A stretch of DNA of 64,000 nt from Eledone cirrhosa (Eukaryota): positions 20,522,001 through 20,586,000 of the forward strand of contig OZ024745.1 of NCBI GenBank assembly GCA_964016885.1. The letters are read 5' to 3'. Below, in pieces: positions 30,124 through 44,970 of the stretch. Each line of letters begins with the position of its first letter. The stretch's first letter is position 1. The position numbers and the translations under genes are program-made. The notes beneath the pieces are model-generated. The model saw only the letters and a program-made list of their open reading frames with translations. It did no database searches and had not been told where the DNA came from.

Positions 30124-30914
30124 TACGAATAACTGTTTTGTGGGTGGTTATTCGCATCCGAGGTGTGGGAAGCGTGCAAAACAAGAAAGTGAAGGGGCGA
30201 AAACAGCAGGTGGGGGCGAAGATAACGAAGCAAATATCTGGCATATCGTCACTCGACACAAAAGCTTTGTTGTTTGGTGACTCACTGAGCAAACGCCGAC
30301 AGCGGTGACGAGCAAACTCCAGCATAAATTCCAATAGAGAATATTGGAACACATTTTGTCATGGAGGTGTTTTTTAATCCATTTGGTTGTCCGTGTGCTG
30401 TCACTAGAAGCATGAGTTACACACTTCCTATTTCATCATGGAAGTTCGTTTGCTGTCACTAAATGTATGAGTCTTATTCTTCGTCTTTTAGCTAAGTCAA
30501 CGTCATATAGTTTCCAATTTAATAAGATATATTTCCTGTATGTACAGTATTAAATACCAATTTTCAACACTAACAGAGGCTCTCTTTTCCTTCTATTATT
30601 ATTTAAAAGCAACTCCAGGATACAATCGTCTGAATTTCTGTCCTGCCACTTTCAAATTTGACATATATTTAATAACTTAATTCCTCTTCTTGGTTTCTTT
30701 TTAATCATTCTTATTTCTTTAGGGGACTAAACAGTCCAGACATAGAATAGATGCAGAGAGAATATGTTATCATTATTTCAATTTGAACAAATTATTCTTC
30801 ACTGCAAACAAGCAAGTCTAATCTTTCTTCTTTCATTCTGTAGACATTCCTGAACATATATTGGTCTTCTTTCTGCACAAATATTTTGGAGATCAATGTT
30901 CGATCTTTTCAGGC

Positions 30915-31053
<139 letters not shown>

Positions 31054-31056
31054 GTG

Positions 31057-31395
31057 TAAAAGGTAAACAGAAGTAACAACACAATTGGTACAGTATATGG
31101 AAGGTATATATTAGGTTAACGCTTGATATAGCAGGAAGAGGGTCTCAACGTTTCGGACGCTAGTCCTTCATCGGAAGAAAGAATGAGAAATAAGATAGAT
31201 TGAGGGGATGGGCGGGAAGGAATTGGAAAAAATGTCTTTAGATAAAAATAACAGGTCCATTTATGTTGGCATCTCTTGCAAAACTGTTGGTGCTGGCGTT
31301 TTGTGTGCTCTAGGGTTCTTATATATTCTATATATATATTTATCCTTATCGAGCCCTGTTTGGATTTTAGTCTTCACATTTATTATTATTACTAT
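31057..31395 (-). mobile_element. (CA)n-tailed PLE-like fragment with minimal hammerhead (core reads CCGATGA here)
   Basis: Reverse-complement homologue of 45895-46112; 3' end TTACCTTTTA abuts a long (CA)n. Confidence 0.75.
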
Positions 31396-32411
31396 ATATA
31401 CATGTGTATATATATACTGTATATATATACATGTGTATATATACACAGTATATATGAGACCCAGGGGTAGACCCCGAGCAAAATGTTTTGGAGATCAATG
31501 TTAATCTGTTATTTTAATATATATATAAGGAATTAGTATATCTACCAACATATATATACAGATGCATACCTATGCTAGCAAATATATAGGTTTCGTCTTA
31601 GTAACTTTGTGGTTCAATGCAAGGGGATGCAGAACAATTATATGAAAGGCGTAAAATAAGAAAATTATAAAAATTAACTTACTTACTCTCCAACTAATTA
31701 GTTTCTGAAAGGGAATAAACATGGTTTCCAAATGGAGAAGCCATTTCGTCATCAGGAAGTCGTTCTCAGCTAAGATCCCAGGCGATGCGTGGACATAGGG
31801 AACTTATACAAAAATAATTCAGTGGATGGAAAAAAGCAAGCGTGGGTGTGTGTGTGTGTCATCAAGCGATGCGCACATATGGTTATTTTTTCATATCCAA
31901 TTGAGTTCTAGCACGTGGCTTGAATTCTTTTCAGAATTCAATGACCTGCGCATGTATTGTTTTTTGGCGGTAGTCTAAAATCCTCCTATTTTCGAGACAG
32001 TGTGAGATTTTCTTTAGAACTGCTGGACTAACAACCTAGCAGCTCCCTCAAGCACTGATGGTGATTATCGCTAAACATTGATGTTGATTTGGTTTTCAAT
32101 ATTAATATTATTGGGCACCCACTGAAGATTTATAAGAGCCCACTTGAATAAGTATATGTTGATCTTATACAAGCTTCTACATAATTTGGTATAATTTCAC
32201 CCAACTTGTTGAAATCTTATAATGAAACGAGACCTCTGGGAAATGATATATTTGATATATGTCATATGAAATGATACAGCCAATTTTCCACACAATACAA
32301 TTAGTTAGCACCCCGAACGTTTAATTAGGAATATACTCAGGTATTTCCTACTGTTTTTTGAGTGAGTTGGAATTTGGCCGGAGTATCGCTATTAGCTTTC
32401 TCCGATTATGT

Positions 32412-32477
<66 letters not shown>

Positions 32478-32479
<2 letters not shown>

Positions 32480-32730
32480 GGGGAATAGGATTGGCTGTGT
32501 AGTTGCTAGTTAAGGAAGCTTAAATTGGAGTGAGAATAAGAAGAAAGCAAGAACGGGTGTTTCCTCATCAGTTGTCTACCGGGTGTCTCGGATATTTCCA
32601 TGCTCTGGGTGGTAGATATCTTGTCTTTAAAGCGTGGAAATATCCGAGACCCCCAGTAGACAACTAATAAGGAAAAATACTCCCCCCCCCGTTCTTGCTT
32701 TCTTCTTATTCTCCTCCATTTTAAGCTATA
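32478..32730 (-). mobile_element. Older PLE-like fold-back remnant in (TA)n
   Basis: Imperfect arms about 32517-32604 / 32630-32728; CTGATGAGGAAAC on the minus strand (hammerhead with stem II lost); one-sided tail. Confidence 0.6.
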
Positions 32731-32800
32731 TATATATATATATATATATAAAATTAGAATTGGTGCTCTGAAATAGCTATATATATATGAATGTATATAT

Positions 32801-33243
32801 AGTGTATTTTGCAATACACTGTATGCTTAATTAAAAGCATTTCGAAGACCTTATGCTATTGTTTTAGAGTAGTGACAGACACACTTACTTTAATTTTCAG
32901 CAAACAGGGGGAGATAAAGCTGACAAGGCCTTGTTTCGCATTTATTGATCCTTATCAAAGCACCAATTCTAATTTTCAATTTCTGCTTGACCGGCAACCG
33001 CTCTGTATAATCAGTTTCTGATTATTACTAGAATTCTATAAGAACCAAACATCCATGATTTCAGCAAACAGGAGTAGTTGGCTTTGATAAGCATCAATAA
33101 ATGCGAAACAAGGCCTTGTCAGCTTTATCTCCCCCTGTTTGCTGAAAATTAAAGTAAGTGAGTCTGTCACTACTCTAAAACAATAGCATAAGGTCTTCGA
33201 AATGCTTTTAATTAAGCATACAGTGTATTGCAAAATACACTGT
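32801..33243. mobile_element. Fold-back element with hammerhead, in (TA)n
   Basis: About 160-bp arms 32801-32961 / 33081-33241, few mismatches. Confidence 0.8.
33080..33124 (+). ncRNA. Type I hammerhead, U3-A8 core variant
   Basis: ggct-TTGATAA-gcat(caataa)atgc-GAAA-caaggccttg-TC-agct; GUC triplet, palindromic stem III; flanks 33059-33072 / 33134-33147 also pair. Confidence 0.78.
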
Positions 33244-33958
33244 ATATACATATATATATATACTCAGCCACAAAAGAAGGAACATTGATCTCCAAAACAT
33301 TTGGCTCGGGTGTCTACCCCTGGGTCTCATGCCGATTTAATTTTTGCTAGTAAAAATCTATCCAACCTTATTCAACAAGATATCTTTTAAGCCATAGCTA
33401 AGCCTTTTTTTGTATTTCAGAATCAACACTTCTTTATCTGCTCAAACTTCAAAGTTATAACCCCAAGTCGAAGAAGTTCATCTAAATAGTGAATATGCAA
33501 CATTAATGTTGCCATCTTCTAACTTCTCTGACATAGATAATTTTCAAGTTAATAGACAGAAATAACAAATATCAAATTTCTAAATCAAATAATAATGAAG
33601 TTGTCATTAAAACACGTCCAGAGTTCACTAATTTAGCATTGTGTTTGACCTCAACGCCTCTAGTGCCAACAGTTTAAAGAAAGAGCACAATCGAACGTGC
33701 AGCTAAAAATAAAACTATTTCTCTTTCTGTTAGTCGTATGAGTTGTGCTGTGTGCATGTGTGTGTGCGTGTGTGTGTATGTTTGTGTGTGTGTGTGTATA
33801 ATTGTGCATGCGAGTGAGTTTGTGTGTATATGTGTGTGTGTGTTACTCTTTGTGTATGCTTGTGCGTTTGTGTGTGTATGTGTGTGTGTATTTATGTGTA
33901 TGTATGCATGTATGTGTGTGTGTGTGTGATGTGCTATGTGTATGTGTGTGTTTGTGTG

Positions 33959-34038
<80 letters not shown>

Positions 34039-34511
34039 AGTGTGTGTGTGAGTGTGTGTGTGTATGTGTGTATGTGTGTATGTGTATATCCGTGTGTGTT
34101 TTAGATAGGTTGGGATAAGTAATTATGTGGAAGTGAGTTATAATAGAGAACTAAAGTTATTTATAAGTCGTAATAAAGAAGAGAGGGAGAGTCTCTGTGG
34201 GTGTGTGTGACGAGGGGGCAAATATGGGGTAGTAATAGGGAGATTTTATAAACAACAACAAATAAAACAAACTGTCGGTGTTTAGATTGGGTGAGGTGGT
34301 GGTAGTGGTAGAGGGGAGAATGGCTACATATAACGTGGTTTGTCTGTGGTTAGATTTAGATCTGTCAGCATCATTGAAACATTGCAGTATATTTAATTGT
34401 TAGATGGGTAATAGGCGAAAGTTCGTTCCTTCTGTACGGGGTTGGCAAGTTTATTGGCATCAAACGTCTGCCGTATGTTAATGGAGGCTGAAGATGGAGC
34501 AAATGGCAGGC

Positions 34512-34589
<78 letters not shown>

Positions 34590-34590
34590 C

Positions 34591-34665
<75 letters not shown>

Positions 34666-34780
34666 GAAGGAGTGCTGTGCTTCTGATTCGGAAGGCAGGG
34701 TTATTTGGTTTGGTATTTAGCTTCATCTTATTGTGATAGACTTTCAACCAAGTGTCAAGGCTACAACAGCATACAAGCAT

Positions 34781-34824
<44 letters not shown>

Positions 34825-34831
34825 GCACCAA

Positions 34832-34883
<52 letters not shown>

Positions 34884-34964
34884 TATATAAACACACACAC
34901 ATACACCTATATATATATATATATGTACATACATACACACATACACACATACACACGCACACAC

Positions 34965-34997
<33 letters not shown>

Positions 34998-35080
34998 TAT
35001 AGATATATCAGCATACATTGCCACGCTGTGTCTCGCGACATTGCAAGACAATAACTATTCTTAATAATATCATGACTGGC

Positions 35081-35152
<72 letters not shown>

Positions 35153-35510
35153 GTCATCATCATCATTATCATCGTCATCATCATCATCATTATCAACATC
35201 ATTATCGTCATCATCCTCATCATCATCATCATCCTCCTCATCAACATCATCATCATCATCGTCATCATCGTCATCATCATCAACATCATCATCACCATCT
35301 TTAAGAACAGAACCTGTGCCTCGAGGTGCGTCGAGGGAGCTTCCTCGGTACGGAACCTATGGTAGATGATGACCAAAGGGGATCTTTTATATATGTAGAT
35401 TATTGACGGGATGAAAATATGTTGAATTGAGTTCACACCTCTGATGAGTAGAACAATCACATCGATAGAGACCCCAAGCCACATTTCTTCTTCTTCTTCT
35501 TCTTCTTCTT

Positions 35511-35541
<31 letters not shown>

Positions 35542-35759
35542 GGAGGAGGAGGATGAGGAGGAGGAGAGGGAACCCCATTTCAATTACTTGTATTGGCGAT
35601 CGTATTCATTACTCAAGATTTATGCCCCTAGGTAAGGGTTGACAGGAATACCAATTTGAAGACAACTAGTTTGGCTTTTCTCATCACTTCTGATGACCGA
35701 CGGTTGAAGCCGGCGCATTACTGCACTAGCCACTGCAATTATTGAATTTAACTCAGCCT

Positions 35760-36123
35760 CTTACCTTCCATCACTCGTGAAAACAGCCCTGAAATACTTG
35801 AACTTCTGCAAATACTTCAGTGGAACTCTATTCACATATAGAGTGCACTGCTCAGGCTTCCTTGAGAGAACGTGTGTCTCAGACTCTTCGCAGGACTAAT
35901 TTTCATTCTTGTTGAGGAGCACTCGGAAGCAACTCTATCAAGTGCATGTAGTACCATGACGTCCGAAAATTCCAGCAGACTGATCCAACCTTCGCCAGTG
36001 ATACTACTTCTAACTCAGCTGCGCATGTCAATCCTGTCCATGAAGATTATGAACAGGAGAGGTGACAGTACGAATCCTTGGTGGAGTCAAGACGCCCATA
36101 TCAAATGGTTTCGACTTAGCACC

Positions 36124-36125
<2 letters not shown>
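35760..36125 (-). mobile_element. RTE-like LINE RT fragment
   Basis: Minus strand reads ..VLSPLLFIIFMDRIDMRS.. with RT-like downstream segments; broken frame. Confidence 0.6.
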
Positions 36126-36173
<48 letters not shown>

Positions 36174-36175
<2 letters not shown>

Positions 36176-36371
36176 CTTTAATCTGTTATTTTAATATATA
36201 TATATATATATATTTATATATAACTTTAATCTGTTATTTTAATATATATATATATATATATATTTATTAAAATAACAGATTAAAGTTTAAGCAAAGAATC
36301 GCTGCTTTCACCCTTAGAAGATCCCGTTAAGGGTGAAAGCAGCGATTATTTGCTTAAACTTAAATCTGTTA

Positions 36372-36377
<6 letters not shown>
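36174..36377. mobile_element. Very short PLE-end copies and a mini fold-back in (TA)n
   Basis: AACTTTAATCTGTTATTTTAA at 36174 and 36222; inverted pair 36268-36377 carrying the ribozyme 3' half. Confidence 0.65.
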
Positions 36378-36418
<41 letters not shown>

Positions 36419-36469
36419 CAATATATTTAGAAACACACAGATACATGCGGACACACACATATACATGAA

Positions 36470-36855
36470 TGCATCCGCACCCAACCGTGAGTTAAGGGTG
36501 CCAACTTCACCGATGTTGCTCAATGAATGACTGGGACAGACCAATCCGGTTGAACTAGACTGAACCAGTATCAGAGTTAAAAATACATTATGAAGAGAGA
36601 AGAAACATTTAGATATAATTAGTAATAAAATGTATCATACCTAAACTGCTCCTAGATTCCTCGACTACGTAGTTTCGTGGCATAAACAAAAACAATACAT
36701 CATAAAGATATAGAGTCCTTGCGAGGTCTGCCGACTTATCAAGAGGATACCTCATTTTACTAGTCTCAAGAACGCGTCTACACGACGTGAGAAAGAATCC
36801 CAAAAGGCGGAGGGGGAGATAGTCACGCGATATAACGGTCGAGAAACAGAGCTAA
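36470..36855 (-). mobile_element. PLE pLTR fragment (hammerhead plus tail hairpin)
   Basis: Contains ribozyme 36658-36747 and bulged hairpin 36518-36577; lies between TA/CA repeats. Confidence 0.7.
36658..36747 (-). ncRNA. Type I hammerhead, U3-A8 variant with long stem II insertion
   Basis: tcctc-TTGATAA-gt(c)ggca..tgccac-GAAA-ctacgtag-TC-gagga; palindromic ACTACGTAGT stem III. Confidence 0.8.
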
Positions 36856-37025
<170 letters not shown>

Positions 37026-37700
37026 TATGTGTGTGGATGTATTAGTGATGTCTAATTCTTTTTATTGGTGATGGGTGAAATTGGAATGTTGTGGTATTTA
37101 TGTCTTTTTAAAGAATATTTATTACGTAAGTGGCCGGAGATGACCTCATACATATAAGATGGCTTCTAATAAGAACGATGTCTTCCTCGCTGAGGAATAC
37201 CTCACCGGAAGCTCTGCTCTATGATGTAATGCTTATCAGAAAACCTTATTTATACATAGATGAGAGAAATGGTGTTAGGTATATAAGAAAAATGTTATAT
37301 AAGACAAATTAAAGGGTAATAAAGATGGCAACTGATTTTGAAATGTAAAAGAAATAAGACTGAGCAGGAGGAGTAGGAGTAAGAAGAGGAGAAATATTGT
37401 ACAGGAAGAGGAAGCAATGTATTCGAGAGAGGCTGGCAAAAATGTATTTGAAAAATAAGGTAGAAATTATTGAGACGAGACATAGAAACAAATAGAAAAT
37501 AAATGAAAGGAATAATGGAATGGGCGAAAAATACCCCAACAAGAAAAATAAGGAGAGAAATAGATGAAGAAAGAAAGAGACAAAGATGGAAGGAAATGTT
37601 ATAACAAAAATATCTCAAAGAATATATAGACATTACAGGCCAGGAAGAAACGCGGAAGCAAAGAAGAGGGAATAATAACAACAATAATAACTACAACAAC

Positions 37701-37746
<46 letters not shown>

Positions 37747-38696
37747 TGGTGATGGTGATGGTGATAATGATGATGATGATGATGATGTCAATGATGGGGA
37801 TAATGATGATGATGTTGATGACGAAGAAGAAAAATAAACGAGGGGAAAATGAAGAACGAGAGAAATGGGTAACTGGAAAAAAGGAAAGAAAAACATATAC
37901 GGAAAAGTAGAATACAATAAATAAATATATAAATAAATAATTAAATAAAAGAAGGAACAAAAGGAAAAAGAAAGAAAAGAGGCAAGTATAAGTATAAAGA
38001 AACGAAAAACAAGAAAAATAAAAGAAAAAAATACAGAGAAAAAAATGGGGATAAAATAGAAATAGAAGGAAAGGATTAAATAAGGATAAATATCGGATGA
38101 ATGAAGAACAAATAGATAGACTGATGGGAAATAGAGGATAACAACAACAACAACGAAAGATAGACTGATGGGAAATAGAGGATAACAACAACAACGAAAG
38201 ATGGACTGATCAACAACGAAAGATAGACTGATGGGAAATAGAGGATAACAACAACAACAATAGGAATAAGAAAGGAGGAGAGAAGAAGGAAAAAAAAACT
38301 GGAAATAAGAGAAACCTTATTACAGCTTATAAAAAGTGAATTTCGGCAAAAATATACGTCAAACCTCTTCTTCTTCTTCTTCTTCTTCTTCTTCTTCTTC
38401 TTCTTCTTCTTCTTCTTCTTCTTCTTCTTCTTCTTCTTCTTCTTCTTCTTCTTCTTCAATAGATACGATGTTTTGAGAATAAACGCCGGAAGAAATAATG
38501 AACCGTAATAATGTGAGTAAAACCACAATTTTCTTGTACTCCTTTAATATACCGTTCTTTTGAAAGAAACTGACTCACAGAGAGACATAAATCGCCAACA
38601 CACGCATACGTACGTAGTCACACACACACACGTACACTCATATATATATATATATATATATACATTTAAATATATAAATATATATAAATATGTATA

Positions 38697-38770
<74 letters not shown>

Positions 38771-38773
38771 CAT

Positions 38774-38896
<123 letters not shown>

Positions 38897-39844
38897 AAAA
38901 CGGTACTCTCACTCCCATCACATATATGTTGTATCGATCTTAATACAGTTTTTTTCATTTTCCCTTCCTTTCCTTTCTTTATCACTTTTTATGGGTTTCT
39001 ATTTATTCTATTTTTCTTTTCCGTTCTGAGTATGGTGATCTGAACTGTCCGATGTGATTTCATTCGAGAACATCTGAGACACTATTTGTAGCTTTGAAAA
39101 TCTTTACGTATTTTCAGCTTGGTATCTCGCCTTCTAGAAAACCAATAGTATTGACCTTACATTTCTATATTTCTAATACTCTATCTTTCAACCTCCTATC
39201 TTGAAGTAGCATTGAACAAAAATATAATATGTATTTCAACTTTATATTTATATATTTATAATCTATTAAACTTTTGAAGCAAATTATAGAATTACGTTCC
39301 TGACTTCAAATACGCACGTATAAACAGATGCAATACCATACACAAATATATTAACATATACTTACATACACATACACATGCTCACACACATGTAAACACA
39401 CACACATACACATACATATATACACACACACACATACATACGAAATATGTCTGATATCAAAAAGGAAAGGATAGTGATGTAAGATTTCTATTAAAGACTT
39501 GAATCGTGACTTTAACAAACTGCAACTACCTCGTCTGAAAAAGAGAAATAGAATTAGCTACCTTCACATTTTGTTATCGATCTCTAGACTATGTGTGACT
39601 CTAAATTATTATTTCTCTTTGTCTTTTTAGTCTTTCCCAATTTTTCTCATTTAAAATTACATAAAAATTACATAAATAATACGATAAAATTAATTAATTG
39701 ATTATCTGCTGTTTCATAGCTCAATACTGGTATCTTATTTTATCAACCCCGGAATGATAAAAACAGAGTTGGTTTTGGTCGGATTTGAACGTAAAACTCC
39801 GGAAGAAATAGTTTAAAATATTTCTTAAAATGCTCTCACAGACA

Positions 39845-40025
39845 TGGTGTCTGCATCTGATACCGTGTATAGCAGGTGAAGATCAGGTGGGGTATGGGTC
39901 TGATGTCTGCAGGCGGCTCAGGATACTTGAGCAGAAGAACAGCTAGAACCTCCTCGGTGGGGTGGAGAACGGTGTCCTCCGTGGCGACCACCCTGACAAC
40001 GGTCGAGACACCACCCTCGATGCTC
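39845..40025 (-). pseudogene. Possible CRE-clade non-LTR retrotransposon fragment
   Basis: One minus frame reads GGVSTVVRVVATEDTVLHPTEEVLAVLLLKYPEPPADIRP, resembling the pre-RT KHP segment of CRE elements (from memory; needs a search). Confidence 0.4.
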
Positions 40026-40439
40026 TAACTGTTCTGTCAAACCGCTATCTTGAAATTGGATGCTAAATTGGTCGATAATATTCACCGAGTTCTTGGTTAG
40101 TACTTTTATTCTACCAACCATGGAATAAAAACAACAAGAAGCACCTTATTTGTCGTTCTTATTTGGTATTGAATTGAAGACAAATTGAGGCATTAAAACA
40201 TGCTCTGAGATAAATACATATACAACTAAACATACACACATTATGCGGTTGTAGATAACAGCTAACACAAACATGTATTTATGCAAACAATTTTATATGT
40301 GTACACACATGTGGAATTGTATATTTTATCACATTTTTACTCTCTTTTCTTGTTATTACATCATTACCACCCTCCCCCTGCGTTTTATTCCTCTTTTTTC
40401 ACGCAAATGCCAACACATAAAGAAACAATTCCTTAGCCG

Positions 40440-40522
40440 ACACACACACACTCACACACACACTCACACACACACAAACACACATGCACACACACATACA
40501 AACACGCATGTACACACACACG

Positions 40523-40581
<59 letters not shown>

Positions 40582-40813
40582 ATGCACACACACAAATGCA
40601 CACACGCGCACACACACATATACAAACACGCATGCACACACACACAGAGCAGAAAAGCATATACATACATGCACCACTACACAATGATGCATACGCAACT
40701 ATCTCCCTATTTTCATCTACACATGCCATGCACAAGCCTCACCTAATTTTATTTTTACATATTCTGTTATCCCTCCTTCATCTGTCGTTCTATCTGTCTG
40801 TTTGTCTGTTTGT

Positions 40814-40881
<68 letters not shown>

Positions 40882-42301
40882 ACACATACACACACTAACT
40901 CTTATAGAGTCTCCCACAAACTCTCCCTATATATCTCACTTTTATATCCCCTCTCCCTATCTTTATGCCATGTTACAGATAACAAATATTCAAATACACA
41001 CACTTATCACCTTGAGAAACACACACGCCCACACATGCACACACACACACATACATAATACATACATACATATACATAGATACATACACACGCACATACT
41101 CATACATTCATACATATATACAAGCATACATACACACACGCATACATACATGCATACATACATATATATATATAAATACATACATACACACACGCTTACA
41201 TACATCCATCCATACATACATATATATATATACACATACATACACACATACATACACACATGCCGACACACATACATACACACACACATACACACATGCT
41301 CACATACATACATACAGACATACATATATACATGCCGACACACATACATACACACATACATACACACATGCCGACACACATACATACAAACACACATACA
41401 CACATGCTCACATACATACATACACACATACATACACACATGCTCACACACATACATACACACATGCTTACATACATACATACAGACATACATATATGCA
41501 TGGATTTTATCTTTTCGACTCATCTGCACATTCCCAACTGTTTCCTCGATAACACACATACTATCAACATGCAAACACAAACATGCACACATGCAAATGC
41601 ACACACACACACACACACACACATGCACACACACGTGCACACACACATACAATCACATACACAGTTTTGCTTCATATATATTGAGTATGTTCTTTTTATT
41701 TCTATACACACGCCTACGAATAGATATGTACAAATATGCACACACATAGACTCGAACACACATACACACTCATGCACACACACGCAAATGCACATACATG
41801 TACATACATGCACACACAGCCACACACATGTATACACATGCGCACACTGGCACACACATGTACACATATATACATGCTCTCAAACATAAAAAGAAACAGA
41901 CATACAATTTTATAAATACATACACATTCCGCGTGTGTAAATACCAGCCATCTGTATATAATACGAATAACTAACAGACCACACACACACACATACACAC
42001 ATATACACACACACAAACTGACACACCACACACATTCACCCACACCACATAGACCTACACTAAAGTACATATACAGAAACACACATACTCACAAAATACG
42101 ATCTCATTATCCCCACTGGACAAACTCTTTATCTCTTGTGCACACATAAAACTGTTGAACGTACACACGCAAACACAAACACACACCAACATACACACGC
42201 ACACAAACACACACACACACACACGGAAGCACACGCACGCACACACACACACACGCGCAAACACAAACACACAAACACACACACACACACACAAACACAC
42301 A

Positions 42302-42337
<36 letters not shown>

Positions 42338-42598
42338 AGCACACGCACGCACACACACACACACACGTGCAAACACAAACACACACACACACACACACAA
42401 ACATACACAAACACACACACACACACAAACACACACACGCACACAAACACGAACACACACACATACACGCAAACACAAACACACACAAACACACACAAAC
42501 ACACACACACACGCGCGCAAACACGCAAACACAAACACAAACACACACACACACACACGCACACACGTACACACACACACGTACACACACTTACACAC

Positions 42599-42637
<39 letters not shown>

Positions 42638-42640
42638 CTA
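40440..42640. repeat. Degenerate (CA)n/(CATA)n/(CT)n block
   Basis: Direct inspection. Confidence 0.93.
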
Positions 42641-43363
42641 TCTCTACATCCAAGTTGTACGGAACCTCTTTATCTTCACAGAAAAAGAGGAGAGAGGAGA
42701 AGGAAAGAAAAGAGTAAAGACTCGCTTTATCACGATGGCACACAATCTTTTTAATTCACACACATACACACACACTAACTTGAAGATATGCACACATATA
42801 CATCCTGACACACACACACACACATTGTCAGTGTGTAGATATTTCCATCAAATATCTGTACTTCCCTCCGTAGGTGATACAATTAAAATGGAAGATTTAG
42901 CAACCCGAATGATCCTACTTCTTCATAAAACATAACCAGTCAAAACCATATTGAAAAACCTGACCAAATTATCTTCTGAAATAAATAAAAACTAAACAGA
43001 AAGGTTTATGTTACATGAAATGAAGGAGAGCCTTTTGCCAGGGTCATTTCTTCTTTGACCAATGGTCTCTTTACTTCATCTCGCAACCTACCAAATATAC
43101 GCAATACTTTTCTTATTTCCAATCAGATTGAAGAGAATACATATCGTAACTAAGGTTTTTTTTAAAATGAAGACATGTTTTTTGAGGTGATGACAACGTT
43201 GTCACCATCAAAATTGATTGGTCCATCAATACTAATCAATAGGTTGGCGTCAGGATCGATATTACTGCTAGACGCCGAGGGTTATTATGAGGGTTGGCTG
43301 ATATTAAGGCTAAAAAGGGGACTCATTATTTGGACTTCTCTGGACTCATTATTTAGATTAACA

Positions 43364-43815
43364 TGCGGAGGATTGGCAGTATCGGTAGAGCGTCGGACAC
43401 CATGCTTTTCAGCATAGAGTTACGGCCTTTTACGGTCTGAGTTCAAATCCCGTCGAGGTTAACTTTGCCTTTCATCCTTACGGGGTCGATAAAATAAAGC
43501 ACCAGTAACGTACTGGGGTCAATTTAATTGACTTTCCCCTCCCCCAAACTTACAGGCCTTGTAACTATACAAGAAATCATTTTATATATATGGAGATTGG
43601 TGGATTGGCAGTATCGGTAGAGAGTAAGACACCATGCTTTGACGCATAGAGTTACGGCCCTTGCCATTCTGAGTTCAAATCCCGCAAGGTTAACTTTACC
43701 TTTCTTCCTTACGGGGTCGATAAAATAAAGTACCAGTAATATACTGGGGTCGATTTAATCGACTGTCCCCTCCCCCCCAAATTACTTGCCTTGTGCCTAT
43801 ACTAGAAATCATTAT
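43364..43815 (+). mobile_element. Two tandem near-full-length tRNA-derived SINEs (OK/OR-like)
   Basis: GGATTGGCAGTATCGGTAGAG (A-box-like), GAGTTCAAATCCC (B box), shared body; units about 43364-43580 and 43593-43815. Confidence 0.85.
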
Positions 43816-44190
43816 TTAGCCTTAATAATATTGAATATATATATATATACCTTCCATATACTGTACCGACTGTGTTGTTATTTCTGTTTACCTTTTACAC
43901 ACACACACACACGCACACACACACATATATATATACCTAGCTTATGCTAACAGAATAACTATGAAGCTTGTTCCCTTCCTTCTACGGTTAGCTCTCCTCT
44001 TTGTTGTTTTCCTGTCTCACTCGCTTTACGCGTTTTAATTGTCCTAATAACTTAATTTAGTTATTATTGCACCGACGTGAGGTATATGATTTTTAATGCA
44101 ATCTATGATCGTCGGCAAATCACTGATGAGGGACTTATTTTATTACATGTTATCCATGTGCTACCAGCAGTATTTTTCTCCCCATTTTAT

Positions 44191-44267
<77 letters not shown>

Positions 44268-44280
44268 AGATAGATAAAGA

Positions 44281-44703
44281 TTCTGGCGACAGAATTAAGG
44301 TGAGTGACAGCTCACGCCTGAATGGAAATGGTGAGTGGGCAGATTTGAATGGTCAAACATATAGATGACGTCTCGAACTCTGCACCAATCGACGGGTCGC
44401 GCAAGCAGGATGATGGTAGATGATAGAAATTCTAAGGATCGGAGCCCAACAGACAGAGGATTTGCTTCGAAATCACGAGACATATCTGAGGAACTTGCGA
44501 ATCCAGAGTCAGGTTCCATCCACAAACAGATCGCACCTCGAGCTGTTCGCCGAAGAAACAATTGTAATACGTAATAAACTGTGTTCCAATGCATCACTGA
44601 TTCTTCGTTTTCCATATTATTATTGTTATACTCTGCTCCGAAAGAGCATAGAGTGCTCAACTGGCATACCGCCTATGGACGCATCCTAGCAACCTTACTG
44701 CAA
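44281..44703 (+). mobile_element. PLE pLTR fragment (hammerhead plus tail hairpin)
   Basis: Ribozyme 44481-44571, hairpin 44630-44654, ends in (TA)n. Confidence 0.7.
44481..44571 (+). ncRNA. Type I hammerhead with long stem II insertion
   Basis: catat-CTGAGGA-..gcgaat..gttcgc..-GAAA-caattg-TA-atacg; palindromic ACAATTGT; weak stem I. Confidence 0.6.
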
Positions 44704-44715
44704 ATATATATATAT

Positions 44716-44867
44716 AATAAGCAGTTAACGGACTCAGCATATTTATCAATGCCAGTACCGGTTGTATCTCAGCGTACTCAATAGGTAATGTAGGATACAT
44801 TCCCAGAGTATACACAAAGTTATTTGCCTCAACACAACACACGTAAAACGAGTGCCTATAATATTTC

Positions 44868-44870
<3 letters not shown>
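44716..44870 (-). mobile_element. PLE tail fragment
   Basis: Bulged ACTC..GAGTAC hairpin 44776-44809; (TA)n on both sides. Confidence 0.55.
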
Positions 44871-44928
<58 letters not shown>

Positions 44929-44929
44929 G

Positions 44930-44970
<41 letters not shown>

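Noticed and set aside
43364-43460. tRNA gene
   Set aside because: A/B-box-like motifs are present, but there is no cloverleaf and the head is attached to a dispersed SINE body
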